From NCBI GenBank assembly GCA_024679065.1, contig JAGIQG010000011.1, forward strand, positions 43,710,001-43,774,000: 64,000 nt of DNA. Direction: 5' to 3'. The first letter of the stretch is position 1, and each line of letters opens with the position of its first letter. Origin of the DNA: Sphyrna mokarran (taxonomy: Eukaryota). Made by a program: the position numbers and the translations under genes. The notes beneath the pieces were generated by a model. It saw nothing but the letters and a program-made list of their open reading frames with translations. It had not been told where the DNA came from and made no database searches. Below, in pieces: positions 45,838 through 60,095 of this stretch.

Positions 45838-48800
45838 GTAATACATCATGTTAATTCAAATGTAAGTAATTCAGTTTGATACTTTCTGGTAATAGCACCA
45901 CAAATTTCTGTGTAAAGAGTTTGACAGGAATATTCATCCTTAGAACAGTTCAGACATATGATATTTAAAATGATCAGAGGTCATTGGATTACTGAATAGG
46001 CTTCATCAGTAGAGGTGAGGGGTCGGCCATAAAGACTAGTTATACAACATCCATTACCTCACCCTTTCTGACCCTCCTAAAGCAAGCAAGCCAAATATAA
46101 TTTGCTGCAATCAATAAATGCTGAATGCATTCAAAAAAGATCTTTACAATATTTAGCATGGCTAATGTGCAAACCTTATTCAAAGATTTCAGAGACAAGT
46201 TTTGAGAGTTTATTTTTTCTGATAAATTTTGTGAACCATTACATTGTAAATATAGCTTTTTAAAAGAAAAAGTGGTTCAACTATTTTCATAGTAAATATG
46301 TATGCATTGGATCAGTAAGGTCTTTACTGCAACAGAAGGGTTTTCCTTGATGTTACTTTACTATGGATACAGGTACATAAATAAAAATAGTGCAATGACA
46401 TTCTTTGAATTAAATGAAAAATTTGTTTTGTATAGCTCCAAAAATTCAAACTATTAATCAGATTTTCTAAAATCTGAAGTAAACTCATGAGTGACTGAAC
46501 AATTATATTATTAGTGCTTGTAGCCATTTGATGGTATCATTTAGCATTACATTAAAATATACTCAGATGCTGCCTTCATGTGAAAGGCAGCTGCTCTCAT
46601 CTGGCAATTAGCTCCTGCAACTAGTTTGAGCCTACGTTAGTCGTGAATGTAAATACCAACATGGGCCCAAAATATAAAAGTCTGAAATCAAGATTCTCAC
46701 CAGTGAGATTTCATTTTCTGACTGTCCCTGCCACTCACATGTTACATTATGAGGTTCCTGCCCAGTAATTTTGGGATCCTAATTTCAATAAATTGAAATC
46801 TCATTAACTGGTCATAACATCATAATCTCCACACATACTGGCATGGTTTACAACAGCTTCAGAAAAATGTGAACCTGGCAGTCTCACCTCCAGGCGGGAT
46901 ATCTGAGTGTGCAGGTTGCCGCTACCTATCAAAGAGTCCTAAGGAGAGGGGGCACCGGAGATGCTGTGGGAGATCCCGGTAAGTCTTTCTTGGATCTAAG
47001 GGTTGTTGGGCATGAGCCTAATGTGGGCCTGCAGTCTTGGGGGAAGGGGGCATTCTATGAGTGTGGCATAGGGTGGTGGAGGCATTCGTGTGGCATTTTG
47101 GGAGACATTAGGGTGGTTTCCCACAGTTAAGAGTGTCATTGCTGGGATATGTCTCCCTGATTATTGGTCTCAAGTGATGCCAGGGTGAACAAATCAGAGG
47201 CAGGCTTCCACGGGCATGGCATTAAAATTATAGGAAAAAAAATTGTCAACAGTACTGGCAGGGTACTCCCAAGTTTTCTCGTTAAAACCAGCATTTTGCT
47301 GAAATGTCGGAAGATTCCACTATTTGAATTGATCAGTGCTTCAATGAGGTAAAGTTATTCTATCACTTCTGTATCACTACTTTCTTCATAGTGATTTAAA
47401 AGTACAATTAATCTTTAATTCATTCTCGAGTGGTGATGTTTTGGAACAGGAGACAGTTTGATACCAAATAGAATTCAACTCCACTGCACTTGAATGGTTT
47501 AGAAGAATCTTTCAATTACTTTTATATTTATTGTATTGATTTGATTGTTGGTGATGAGCAATATCTTCTGATTCATTTGAATCCCCATAAATAACTACAG
47601 ACTGAAACTATGGTTATGGGGTTAGGAGGCGTGTGCCTGTAAAATATAAGACTCTGAATAAATATAAAATAAATGCTTCACCAATTGGCTTTCTGGAAGA
47701 TAATGTAGTAGCAGAGGAAACTTGCCCAAAAATGAAAGTTGGAAAGTAGAAAAATAATAGACAGAAACATAAAATTCCAAGAGCCCATTATGGAAAATTG
47801 AAGAAAGCAAATGTAGATTGTTTGGATAAGATTATTCCAAACAAATTGTGTTGGTTATGTGAATTTTAGTCCTTGAATCAGTCTATCATTGATTCCTTCA
47901 ACTGCAATGCTGAATAGTTATTGCACTTTGACAGTATGTGGAACAGATTGGTTAAAATGTTAAATTGAATCACTAAATGGTGAGGATAGATGCAAGGTTA
48001 AGTGCTATTTACACTAGATTTGGTGATCACCATATATTGCTGTCACCAAAGAAAGTTGCTATCTTGCTTAAAAGAACTAGAATAAGCCATTTTCTGAATA
48101 TTGATACGGGAAGGATTCTTCAGAGCCATTAGCCCCAGCTGAGAATCCCAATAGCCTGTTGAATTGGCCCAATCTTGTTCTCACCCAGAGTGGGCCAGAC
48201 CTGATCTCAGGTACTTCAAGTACATTCCAGCAATATTACTGGGTTTGAGGCCAGATGCTGTAGCCTCCCAGTATATTCACAGCAGGCACCAGTTGGTGCA
48301 GTCCTGACAAGGCAACTTGGATTCTTTTCCAGCGGGCAGGGAGGTAAATCTGGCGCTTCTTTTATTGACAGGTGATGTAAGTTTCATGAGGGAGATCTCC
48401 CTTAGTCTCTTTCCTAAGCCCCAGGTGTTCATAAACTTCTTTGAAATATTTTGATTGACAAGTTGACAGTTTCACAAGGTGGATCCCCTTGCCCTCGCTC
48501 AAAACCTCAAGTGCTCAGAAGCATCTTTGAAGTATCTTGATTGGCAGGAGCTTTGAATTTCACTAGGCAAATCCCCCTTTATAGAGTGAATGAGCCACAG
48601 GTGCAGCCTTATCTCTTTAATTGACAGCGGTACAGCAGATCAAAGAGAGGATTATGCAAGAATTGTTCACGCAAGGAATAGGTGATGCATTAGCTGCTGA
48701 AAGCTTTTTTGATTGACTGCTCCAGAGCAGAACAAACACATCATTGTTGATACAATAATTTCATGCTTGGTTAACCCTGAACTTCTTCCTCTTTTCACCT

Positions 48801-50248
48801 CATCTGTTCTGTCTGGCCCCATTGTTTTAGTAATACAGCTCCTTTTCAAATCCCTGACTGTTCCTAGAATGCAGATGTGTTCAAATACTGCTTTTTTTAA
48901 CCATTAGCTTTTTAACCTGCCTGCAAAGCTTCTCGTTAACTAATAAGGTTCTTATTACCGCTTTTCTCTCAATGTATTTTTTTCTCTGCCAAGCTTTAAG
49001 ATTGAAAAGGCTAGGGTTTTTATCTCTGAAATGGAGGAGACTGAGGGGAGATTTAATTGAAACCCAAAACATTATGAGGGGGTCTTGCCAGAGTGGATCT
49101 AAAAGGATCTATTTACACAAGCAGAGGAATCAACTCAGGGATGCATTATAAGTGAAAGGCTGAAGGATTAAAGGGGAGTTAAGGGGAAAACATTTGAACC
49201 AGATTGTGAGGTTGGAGGGTCAAGGCTGAAAGCTTCTAAGACATGTAGCGCATAATTCTCCAACTTTTAAATTTAAGTTTATTTATTAGTGTCACAAATA
49301 GACTTACATTAACACTGCAGAGAAGTTACTGTGAAAACCCCCCAGTTGCCACTCTGACACTTATTTGGATACACTGAAGGAGAATTTAGCATAGCCAATG
49401 CACCTAACAGCACATCTTTCAGATTGTGGGTGGAAACCAGAGCACTGGGAGGAAACCTGTGCAGACATGGGGAGAATGTGCAGACTCTGCACAGACAGTG
49501 ACCCAAGCCAGGAATCAATCCTGGGTCCCTGGCACTGAGAGTCATGGTGTGAAATATCTAATTACTCTTGAAATGGAGTAACTGTTTGGGGGGCAGTTCG
49601 ATTATAGGCTTCCATGATTTTTTCTGGACTCTTGCTACAATGGAGACTGCTAGAGGTAAATCCAGACTTGTAACTCCAAAAAATTGGTCTCAAAAGATGT
49701 AACATGACATGCTTCCAACATTAAGTGAGACTGCATGATTCACCCTTCCATTATTATGAAAGATGGAAAAGCAGGAAACATTCTTGAATGCCAGCTGAAA
49801 AACTGCCTGTCGATTCGGGAGTCTCATGCTTGACATAGCTAACCCTGCATGATTCATGTTGGGACATTTTTTCCATTTTTAAAAAGTGAAACTTTTTGGT
49901 TTTCCCACTGGCAGCAGGACTTAGTTTTTAATTGGGGAATAGTGACAATAACCTCTAATGAGGTACCTATGCTGTTATATAAACCTTCTATAAAGGCACA
50001 GATGAATCTTGACATGGAATTTATGAAGCAATGATTCTTTGAAAGTTACTACTGCTCCTTGTTCTTTTGTTTTTGTTTTGTGTTCTTGTATGTCCAACCA
50101 AATAAATTACAGATATCAGCCACATTTTCACGGTAGTTTCATGGTATTGTTAATCTGCTGTAAGTAAAGCACAAAAAGAAGAAGATATTTTTGAATTATT
50201 GAACAGGCTAGAAAACACAGGTCCATTTACTAACCACTTAGAAATATT

Positions 50249-51250
50249 GGGGGCAATTCTCCCAAAAGTGCTGAATTATGGGGAAACTGTTCTAGATCTG
50301 TTTTTTCAGTGCAGCCTCAAACCTGAATCTCCTCACTGTGCAATTCAGAGGTCACAATTTTGAATATTATTAAAGATCTGGCTTCTGTTCACACCAAAGT
50401 CTTGACGGCTGCAGAACTCTGTGCATGAGCAGCTGTCCTGATCTATTAGTCTCCCTATTTGCTGGCCAGCTCAAATGCGGGCCAGTCCAGGACTTCTGCA
50501 GTGCTGCCCCTTCTGACATCACCACGGCCTAATTACTTCCTACACAAAATTCCCAGGCCAGCGCTGATCCCCACCCCGTCCCACAACACCCTGATGCCCA
50601 GCTCATCACCGCTCCAAAGCAGTGATGAACCCCCCACATTCCAGCAGACCACCGCCTGCCTCGATCGCTGGCCTCCCTCCAGCCCAGACCCATCCCGATG
50701 CAGAGTGACAGTGAAAAACTCCATTTCCGTCAATTGCCCAGGCCCTGCCTATAATAGGCCCCACCGCCATAGCACTGCCCAATATCTGGAAGGCAATGCC
50801 AAAGTGCCCTCTGGGCATGGGCACTTTGCCCCTTGGGCACTACCAAGGTGCCCGTGTCCAGGGGGCACCACCCCCCTACTGCCCAACTCCTTAGGGAGCT
50901 CAGATTGCACTCGCTTTCCTCAGGTGGAGTCTCCCGCTAGTTCCCTGAATGTGGGGAGCTACTCTAAATCCTGCTGGAATGAAGTGGCAGGGTGAGAGAT
51001 GCCAACGGGCCCTGCAAATTCCATGCTGGACCTGATAAATACATGTAAAATACATTTAAAATACATGTAAAAGATATTCAAATGATTTACCTCACTTCCC
51101 GCCAAACTTCTGTGCTTTCTCAGCAGCGCCACCTTTTTCCAGTTGGGAGATGCACGTGAGTCATAAAAGCTTGTGGGGAACCCATGAAGTGGCCAACACA
51201 CGCATCTCTGAATCGACCCGTTTGTGAGTCGCAATGGGAGAATTGGGCCC
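50249..51250. mobile_element. Non-autonomous PIF/Harbinger-like DNA element
   Basis: TIRs GGGGGCAATTCTCCCA / TGGGAGAATTGGGCCC (14/16), 3-bp ATT on both sides; related left ends at ~9357 and ~20210. Confidence 0.7.
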
Positions 51251-53279
51251 ATTATTCCCCAGTTGTCTGCGTGCGCTAATAATATTGAGTACACAGTGTA
51301 TCCATTCTGCTTTTCCATTTAAATTTCCATTTCATTTACTATACCTGCCAATCAATAAATGTTGTACAGCTTTTGTTTTTCTGTTTGGACATATACTTCT
51401 ATCAAGTTGATTGCCATCAGAATTGCAAACAAGTCTTCAGGTTCCATTTCTAACAGGAAATTTCTTTGAACTAGTACCTGAAGAAAATCTTGGTATACAG
51501 GTCATGATCTCATAATCACAATTGGACAGTGCAGCAGTTGAACATGTTAAACATATCACACAGATGTATCTTAAACTAATAACAACAAAGTTTGCAATCA
51601 ATACTTTTTAATGCAAGATGCTTAAAATGTTGTCTTGCACATAATGCTTGTGGGAAAATAGACTCTGGAACTTTGTAGCTAGTTTCAGTAAAAGCAATTG
51701 TGGTAACTTTTTGTTTTAAATTTTATTCTGTTTGTAGAAGTGCGATTGTGCAAGCCTTAAGGGAAAAAACATCATTAGAATTACCTGGTGTAGCCTTGAT
51801 GGTTAAGAGACTTAAAAATGTGCTGAATATATTAATCCTCATCATGCCTCTATGACAAATAACTCTGGTTCTTTCAGTGACCATTGAGCATATGCAGCAT
51901 AATACAATTATCCTGTTAATTCACTCCAATTCGTTCTGACAGGCATCGCATATACATCTAAATATTGGAAATATAAATAATTTTACGCCTGCCCATTTAT
52001 GGGAACAGGGCAAACAAGCAGCTAAAATGGCTGCAGAGTATTTGCTGACTTGAGTAAAATTCTCTGGTTCCACCATCTGCAGAAAACTTGATGGGCAGGG
52101 GAAATTAATTTGGCATGAGGCTAAAAATCAGTTTCCTGACTTCGGCGTGAACCGTAGGAATTATTTTCTTGTAACTTTAAAGGCGGATTAAAAGAGGGTC
52201 AAGCTTCCCAACAAAAAATGTCAGGAAGGTCTTTTTCAATGCATTGGCATGTCATGGATGCTATCTAAAGGGTTACTCCCCAGAATAAAGCTCCCCTTCC
52301 CAATAAAGTTTCCCACGAGTGAGAAATTAGGATGTTCACTTTTATGAGTGTATGTAAATGGAATGCACCTGGAGAAGTAAACATTTTCTATGATTAATGG
52401 TGAATTACCACTGCATTTTTCTCTTTGCGGTGCATTTGTAACTGCCAGTGCTTGCTTGAGACTGGTGTGTTAGTAGTGCAAGTTGTGTGGATGATGACCA
52501 ATGAATGGATAGTGGGAGAGTGGAGCAGTGGCTGGGCAAGAGTGGAAGTGATAGTGCAGGCTGTCTGGTCACCATTTAAATGTAGTGCTGGGACCTTTGG
52601 CCCCATGAAATAGCGGCAGGGACTGCCTCCAGTGAAAATCCCTCTGACTTCTGTGCCTGCCACTGAACTTGGGCTTCAGAACGGAAAATTCTGTCCACAG
52701 TACCTCAGTTAGCCATCATATTGAATGAATTTGTTTTTAAATTGACTGAAGTATCCATCAATAAACCTAGGCAGAATGGTTTCTTGGAACTGCCGAAACA
52801 GCATACGAAGAACAGTCAGCTGCAGGTAATTGGATCAGAAGATCAGTGCAACATCGTGCTAATTGGAGTGTCAAACATTTTCAACTTCTAGATTACTTCT
52901 TTGAGATTCCTTTTTGCATTATTAGTCTTAAGGCTTTATGTGTTCAACATGGGTATTATTATTATTGACAACTTCATTTAGATGGAGGGACAGTGAGGAA
53001 TTGGTACAGCAGCATCTTCAAATCCAGTGATTTTTATTCTGCTTACTATCAGTAGACAGCATGTAAGGAGGATAGCTGGTAGGAGGGAATACCTAACATA
53101 CAGAATGCATAAGCAGACTCAGTTTGTTGGTTCAATATGAAGAATATTGTTTGCATTAGGAGGCTGCACCTGTCAACACAACTGTTGCAGACTCTTCAGT
53201 TTCTTGCAAAAGGACATGGATCTTTTAATACTTTATGATATTAAAGATGCTATCTAACTGCTACTGCTGCACCAGAGTC

Positions 53280-54065
53280 CGGGACGACCATTCAGATCCT
53301 GCGCAGATCAGCTGATCAGGTGGATGTGGGTATTCACAGACGTCTTCAGCCTCTCTTTACAACAATCTGAGGGCCCACTCTGCTTCAAGAAAACAAGTGT
53401 CAACAAAACTAAGAAGATAGTCATCAGTCTCAGGCAGTGTAGTGAGAACATGCTACATAAATGGGGAAATGGTTGAGCGCATCAAGTTTTTAGGTGTTCA
53501 GATTACTAAATCTGTCCTGATCTCCCCATGCTGGCACTATAATTAAGAAATGGCTCTAATTTCTTAGAAGACTGAGAAATTTGGTATGTCAGCTATGACT
53601 CTCGCCAGCTTTTACAGATGTACCACAGAAAGCATTCTTTCTGGTTGTATTACAGCTGGGTATGGCTCCTGCTCTGCCCAAAACTGCAAGAATCTACAAA
53701 GGGTCATGAATGTAGCCAAGTCAGCCTCCCTATCCATTGACTTCTCCGCACTTCCAACTACTTCGAAAAAGCAGCCAGCATAATTAAGGACTCCATGCAA
53801 CTTGTACATACTCTCTTTCACCTTCTTCCATCAGAAAAACAATACAAAAGATGCCAACCAATTCAAGAACAGCTTCTTTCCTGCTGTCATCAGACTTTTG
53901 AATGGACTTACCTCACACTAAGTTGATCTTTCTCTAGACCCATAGCTATGACTGTAACACTACACTCTGAATTCTCCTTTCCTTTTCTATGAATGGTATG
54001 CTTTGTATAACATGCAAAAAAGCAATGCTTTTCTCTGTATACTAATACAATAATAAATCACATCA
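53280..54065 (+). mobile_element. Rex1/Babar LINE fragment with internal deletions
   Basis: CADQL, LASFYRCTTESILSGCITAGYGSCS, FFPAVIRLLNG and shared 3' UTR. Confidence 0.85.
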
Positions 54066-54649
54066 TACTTTGTTATTGACTGTAAAAATGATCACAGGCC
54101 TAACTAATTTGTCATTGACTCATTCCAGGCTCAAAGAGTGGTTATTTTTCAAATTTTATAGTTTGCATTCAGAGAGTGATGGACCATGTACTTTTCTGTT
54201 GGGATGATAGTTCCTTTTCTAACCAGGTATTTCAACAATTTTTTTCTGGTAAAGCACCTAGCTTCCAATAAATAAATATATGATCAGGTTGCCTGGAAAG
54301 ATCAACATAACTTATTTATAGCGTGTAATTCTGATTCAAGCAGTTTAGGGTTTAAGGTTTGAGAATAAGCTGGCTTCAGAAGAGAAAAAAACCCTCTGAT
54401 TCAGTTGAAATTTTGTGTGTTGACTATAAGAATTTAAAATCTTGTTCATCGAAGGACTTATAATAGTGAATTGAACTTCTGGGAGAGAAGCAGGGAGAGA
54501 GTGTCTGTGTTTTACTTGTAAAACTCGAGAGAAAAAGAATGTTAGAACCAGCAGAATTCTCACTCTAGGTGGCTACATTTAAGGCACGTGTATTGAATGA
54601 GAAGTTTGTAATCATAGGATAGTTGGAGAAGATTTGAAGGGAAGGTAGT

Positions 54650-56260
54650 CATAGAGCATAAAAACAGGCCCTTCAGTCCATTATGTCTCTGCCATCATTT
54701 ATCAGCACTTGGATTATTGCCTGCTATGCTTTCGCTATTTAAATGTTTGTCCAGATGCTTCTTAAATGTTGCGAGAGTATCTGTTTCCATCACTATCTCG
54801 GGCAGTGCATTCCATATTTCCACCATCTTCTGAAAAACCTTTGTCTCAGATCCCTTCTAAATCACTTAGTCCTCACCTTAAACCCTATTATCTTAGACAC
54901 TTCTGCCATGGAAAAAGATTCTTATGATCTACCCTAACTATGCCTCTCATAATTTTGTACACTTCTCAGGTCCCTCCTCTGCTGCAGGGAAAACAAACCC
55001 AACATATCCAGTTTCTCCTTGTAGCTGAACCTTTCCATCCCAGACAACTTTTTTTTTAGTCATTTGTGGAACATGGGAGTTGCTGGCTGACAAACACTTA
55101 TTGTCCATCCTTAGTTGCCCTTGGAGGGCAGTGGAGAGTCAACCACATTGCTATGGCTCTGGAGTCACATGTAGGCCAGAAAGATAAAGACAGCAGATTC
55201 CTCTCTCTAAAGGACATTAGTGAACCAGATGGATTTTTTTTCAATAATCGAAAAAAAACGATTATTTTTTTCATGGTCATCAGTAATACTTAATTCCAGA
55301 TTTTTTTTATTGAGTACAGTTTCCACTATCTGCCAGGTCCCCAGAACATTAGGTGAGTTTCTGGATTAATAGTCTATCGATGATACTGTTATCCTACCCT
55401 TATTAGACCTCCCAAAATACATCACCTCATACTTATCAGGATTAAATTCTATCTGACACAGCTCCGCCCAGTTTACCAGCTGATTAATATCAGTCTTTAA
55501 TCCAAGACAATCCTCCTCACTATCAACAATACCACCAAATTTAGTCATCTGTAAACTTACTAATTATATCTACTACTTTCATATTCAAGTCATTGATGTA
55601 TGTAACAAAGAACAAAGATCATAGTACCAATTCTTGTGGTCCACAGCTAATCACAGGCTTCCAATCACAGCCCTCCAATCACAGCCCTCCATCATTATCC
55701 TTTGCCTTCTATTACCAACCCAATTTTGGATCTATTTTGCCAACTTGCCCTTGATTCCAGGGGTTCCAATCTTTTTGACTTGCCTTCAACATGGGATCTT
55801 GTCAAAGGTCTTATTGAAGTCCAAGTAAACATTGCTACCCTTAATATATTTAATTAACTTTTCAAAAAAATTACATTAATTAGGCAGGAATTCCCATTAA
55901 CAAATTTGTGCTGTCAATTCTTGCCTTTCCAGACGTTGAATAATCCTGTCCATCAAAATTTTTCCAATAATTTTCCTACCATTGTCATTAGACTAACTGG
56001 CCTGTAATTATCTGGTTTAACCCCAATGCCCTTCTTAAATAAAGATGCACATTAGCTGTCCTCCAGTCATTTGGCACTTCACTATGGCCAGTGAAGATTT
56101 AAATATCTCTCATAGCCCCTGCGATATCTTGCCTTGGCTCTCATAGCAGCCTGGGATACATCTCATTGGGCCCTGCCAATTTATGCATCCTTATGACTGC
56201 TCAAACATTTAGTATCTCCTTATTAATCTTAATATGCTCTAGAACTTCATCCAAAATGAA
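54650..56260 (-). mobile_element. Old CR1 split by a SINE
   Basis: TKFGGIVDSEED...EFNPDKYEVMYFG and upstream RT pieces. Confidence 0.75.
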
Positions 56261-57784
56261 AACTCCAGCTACAAGTAAATGGAAGAGCAAGATATCTAAA
56301 CTCTCAAACAGATTTTCAAAACATTAACAAAACTAAAAATGCTACTGGTCTCCACCAAGATCATAATTGGGGGTCTCATCCAGAATTGTGACATCAGCCA
56401 CCTTAAGCAGAACATCATTCCCTGTTCACAGGGATTAACAGATGCATACCTTCCACATTTACAGAAAAGAGTTCAGTAATCCACAGCAGGAGGTATTGTG
56501 GCACACTAAATAGCATTCCTCCACTGAGCCAGAAACTCTGGGTTTGAGTCCCCCCCCCAGGACATGGTACCATGGAAAGTGCATTTATAATGGTGCCAAA
56601 AAGGTTGATCGCTGACCTATGTATCCTTTTAATGTACCTATTGTTCACACAGCAGAAGGAACTCTTTGGTTGTAAGCAATAAAGTAAATCTAAAATTTAT
56701 TCCAACAAAGGGGCAACATGGTGACTTAGTGGTTAGCATTGCTGCCTCACAGTGCCAATTCCAGCCTCTGGTCACTGTGCACCTTCTCCTCATGTCTGTG
56801 TCGGTTTCCTCCAGTTTTCTCCTATAGTCCAAAGATACATGGGTTAGGTGATTGGCCATGCTAAATTGACACAAGTGTCAAGGGGATTAGCAGGGTCAAT
56901 ATGTGGGGCTATGGGAATAGGTCTTGAGTGGGATTGTAGTTGGTGCAGACTCGATGGGATATCGGGATTTTTAGGGTCACAGGCTGTAGGGATTCTATGA
57001 TAAATAAATCAAAGAAAAGGGTTTAATTAATAAGCTTCATTACTCTAACACTTGAGACCACATCCTGGGTGATCCAAGTTCTTTCAATTCCCAACTGCTG
57101 CTTATTTATACTGAGCTATCTAGTCAGCTGACCACCATAGTGTGTTACCATTGGTCACATTATAACAAATCCAATGTTATCATTGGTTACATTCCAACAA
57201 ATTCCCATTTTTTCCAAATTAATTTAAGTCAGACTTCCTCCAGTATTTTTAACAACTTTTCAGAGCCTGCATCTCTTTTAGTAAAACAGTCAGATAACTA
57301 GATTTGCACCAAGCCAGTTGAGTTTTGAAACTTTTTTCCAGCATTTGTTTAATATTGGCCAAATCAATTCTCAGCCGCTTTTCTGTTACACTTTTTGTCA
57401 ACTGAACATTGGCCCATAAAGGCTGATTGATAAAAGTCAATTGGTACTTTGTTTCCTGACATTTTTTATGGTAATATGTCAAACAAATATATCCTCATGT
57501 CCAACACCCCCATTAATGCCAATGTACTTTTGACTATCCTTTTTGCTTCCCAAGCCAAGGGGCAACATCTTCCTCCCTTACCTACCAAAAATATTATGAA
57601 TCTGGCACCACTCGAATGCCCACGTGGTAAATTGGCATGTGAAGCATCACTAAACACAACTAACTTCATGTCTTCTGGTTCTCCTGGTACTGGGAATTTA
57701 ATTTTACATTCCCCTAACTTTAGCTTTTTTTAAGGTTTTATTTGCCTTTAAGGTCTCTCTTATTGAAGCGCACCTCAACATATT

Positions 57785-58985
57785 ACAAAGAACAAAACAG
57801 CACGGGAAATAGGCCCTTCGGCCCAACGAGCCTCCACCGCCACCCCGATGTTCCCACCTCTACCCGTGATCCCTGTCTATGTTTATAGATCTATGGATTA
57901 AAAACCAAATTTGAGACAATTTAGGGAGAATTTGTTTTGCCAGTTAGCCTAAGAGCACATCTTTGGGATGTGGGAAGAAACCAGAGCGCCCGGAGAAAAC
58001 CCACGCAAGCACAGGGAGAATGCACAAACTCCCACAGAGATAGGCCCAAATCCATGTATCTGCACAGCACAGCGATAGTCACTGAGCTGTCATGTTGTCC
58101 ATCAAATGGTCCAGGTCAAGCGTACACTAACAACGTGAAGCACTAGGATACTCTCGAAAAAATATCCTCTCACGACCCATCGCGCGTATGCCCCTTGTTA
58201 GATAACAAGGTGGACCAAAGCACCTGTAGGATAAAAACAAGTACATCAATATCATCATCTATTTATACACTTCCCAGGGACTCCCAAGGCTCATGATCCC
58301 TATTTTAAATCAGTTTTCTGTACCCCTCCATTCCCATTGTGTTCATGTGCCCATCTGAGTATTTCTTAAATAACTCCAGAGTACCTGCCTCCACACTTTA
58401 GTTGGCAGTGCATTCCATACCCCCACCACCCTCTGTGTGAAAAAACTCCCTCTAGCATCCAAAATTATACCTTACCCCGCTCACCCTAAGCCCGTGACTC
58501 CTCGTGCTATTCGAGTCCAAGCTAGGAAAAAGCTTAACCCTGTTTACTCTATCTATACCCCTCATAATCTTGTACACCTCTATTAGATCTCTTCTAAGTC
58601 TACGTCTTTCTAAGAAAAACAGTCCCAATTTGCCTAACCTCTCCTCGTTACTCAGACCTTCCATACCAGGCAGCATCCTGGTAAACCTCCTCTGCACTCT
58701 CTCCAGACTCTCCACGTCCTTCCGGTAGAAAGGTGACCAGAACTGGACGCAGTATTCTAAATGAGGTCTAACCAACCTTTTATACAACTGCAACATTAAA
58801 GGCCAGCTCTTATACTCTATACCCCTTCCCATAAAGGCTAGCATACTATATGCTTTCTTCACAACCTTCTCCATTTGCTCTGCCACCTTCAGAGACTTGT
58901 TCACCAGCACCTCCAGGTCCCTCTGCATTTCTATACTGTTAATAGGTCTACCCTTTATCATATACCTCCCCCCTACATTCTTTCT
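57785..58985 (-). mobile_element. CR1 subfamily copy 2 with V-SINE in 3' UTR, inserted in the copia element
   Basis: Closely matches 36725-37915; RT C-terminal frame open. Confidence 0.9.
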
Positions 58986-59174
58986 ACTTAGCTCTAGGAT
59001 ATTATAGCTCCCATCCGGTCTTATCTGTGTGTATAGCCAATTTAGCTGTGCTTTCATGATCTTCAACAATTCTGTTTCTTTTTCTTTGGTCAGTTCTTCT
59101 TTTTCCATCAGCCTTTTTCTGGTGATGGAAATGGGATCAATGCTGTTTAGATATCCTTGTTGACTTATCAGTAC

Positions 59175-59387
59175 GTAGGGATGCTGGCATTGGACTGGGA
59201 TAAACACAGTAAGAAGTCTGACAACACTAGGTTTAAGCCCAACCAATTTATTTGTTAGTAAACTCACAAGCTTTCGGGGTTTGCCCTTCATCAAGTTACC
59301 TGATGAAGGGCAAATCCCAAAAGCTTGAGAGTTTACTATCAAATAAATTGGTTGGGCTTAAACTTGCTGTTGTCAGACTTCTTACTG
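59175..59387. mobile_element. Second Penelope-derived fold-back insertion with hammerhead core
   Basis: Arms 59207-59296 / 59298-59387; flanks tgacttatcagtac (59161) and tgactcatcattac (59386), 12/14 identical. Confidence 0.8.
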
Positions 59388-59859
59388 ACTCATCATTACC
59401 CCAGATTTACTTTGTCACATATCAAGACCGAGATATTGAAAAGCACCAGCTGCTTAATTCCCTACTTTAAATTCTGTCTTTAGTCTCTCAGTTATCTTTT
59501 TTTCAAACTCTTCCAGGCTATCCCATAGGAAATCAATAATATGCATCATGAAAATTCCAGCTAATTTTCCTTCAGACTTCCAATAGAATATTGTCTAGTC
59601 AGCTTTTTACTGGACAATACAGATCATACAGATCATTTACTGGCAATACAGATCATACAGAGAAATACCAAACCCTTGATGCATCACTTAATCCGTGCAT
59701 GCATTTGTTTAATCTCCACAATTGTCCCTGTGTATCACCTGCTTCTCTGGGCAGCTTCAAAAAACTTTTCTTTGAAACATTTCACCCTGCAGAAATGCTG
59801 CTTTAATATCAATTGATTTAAATACCCAATTATTAGATACTAAAATGGTGAAAAAAAAT

Positions 59860-60095
59860 TTCAGTGTCACTTTTCTCACTGGAACGACGGAGGTTAAACA
59901 GCGACTTGGTAGAAGTCTACAGAAATATGAGGGGGTGTCAGAAGCTTTTTCCCGGGGTGGAAGACTCAGTTACTAGGAGGCATAGGTTTAAGGTGCAAGG
60001 AGCAAGATTTAAACAGGATATAGGAGCGGGTTTTTTTACACAGAGGATGGTGTGTGCCCGGAACTTGCTGCCAGGGGAGGAGTGGAAGCACATAC
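59860..60095 (+). mobile_element. CR1 3' fragment at the copia IN/RT junction
   Basis: [15 protein letters not shown]...FFTQRMV. Confidence 0.8.

Noticed and set aside
48365-48400. ttgacag|GTGATG as the next dynein exon
   Set aside because: Translation does not give the expected xIPDLF continuation.
58452-59342. 296-aa minus-strand ORF as a novel gene
   Set aside because: Chance read-through of three elements: PLE hairpin, copia RT and CR1 RT.
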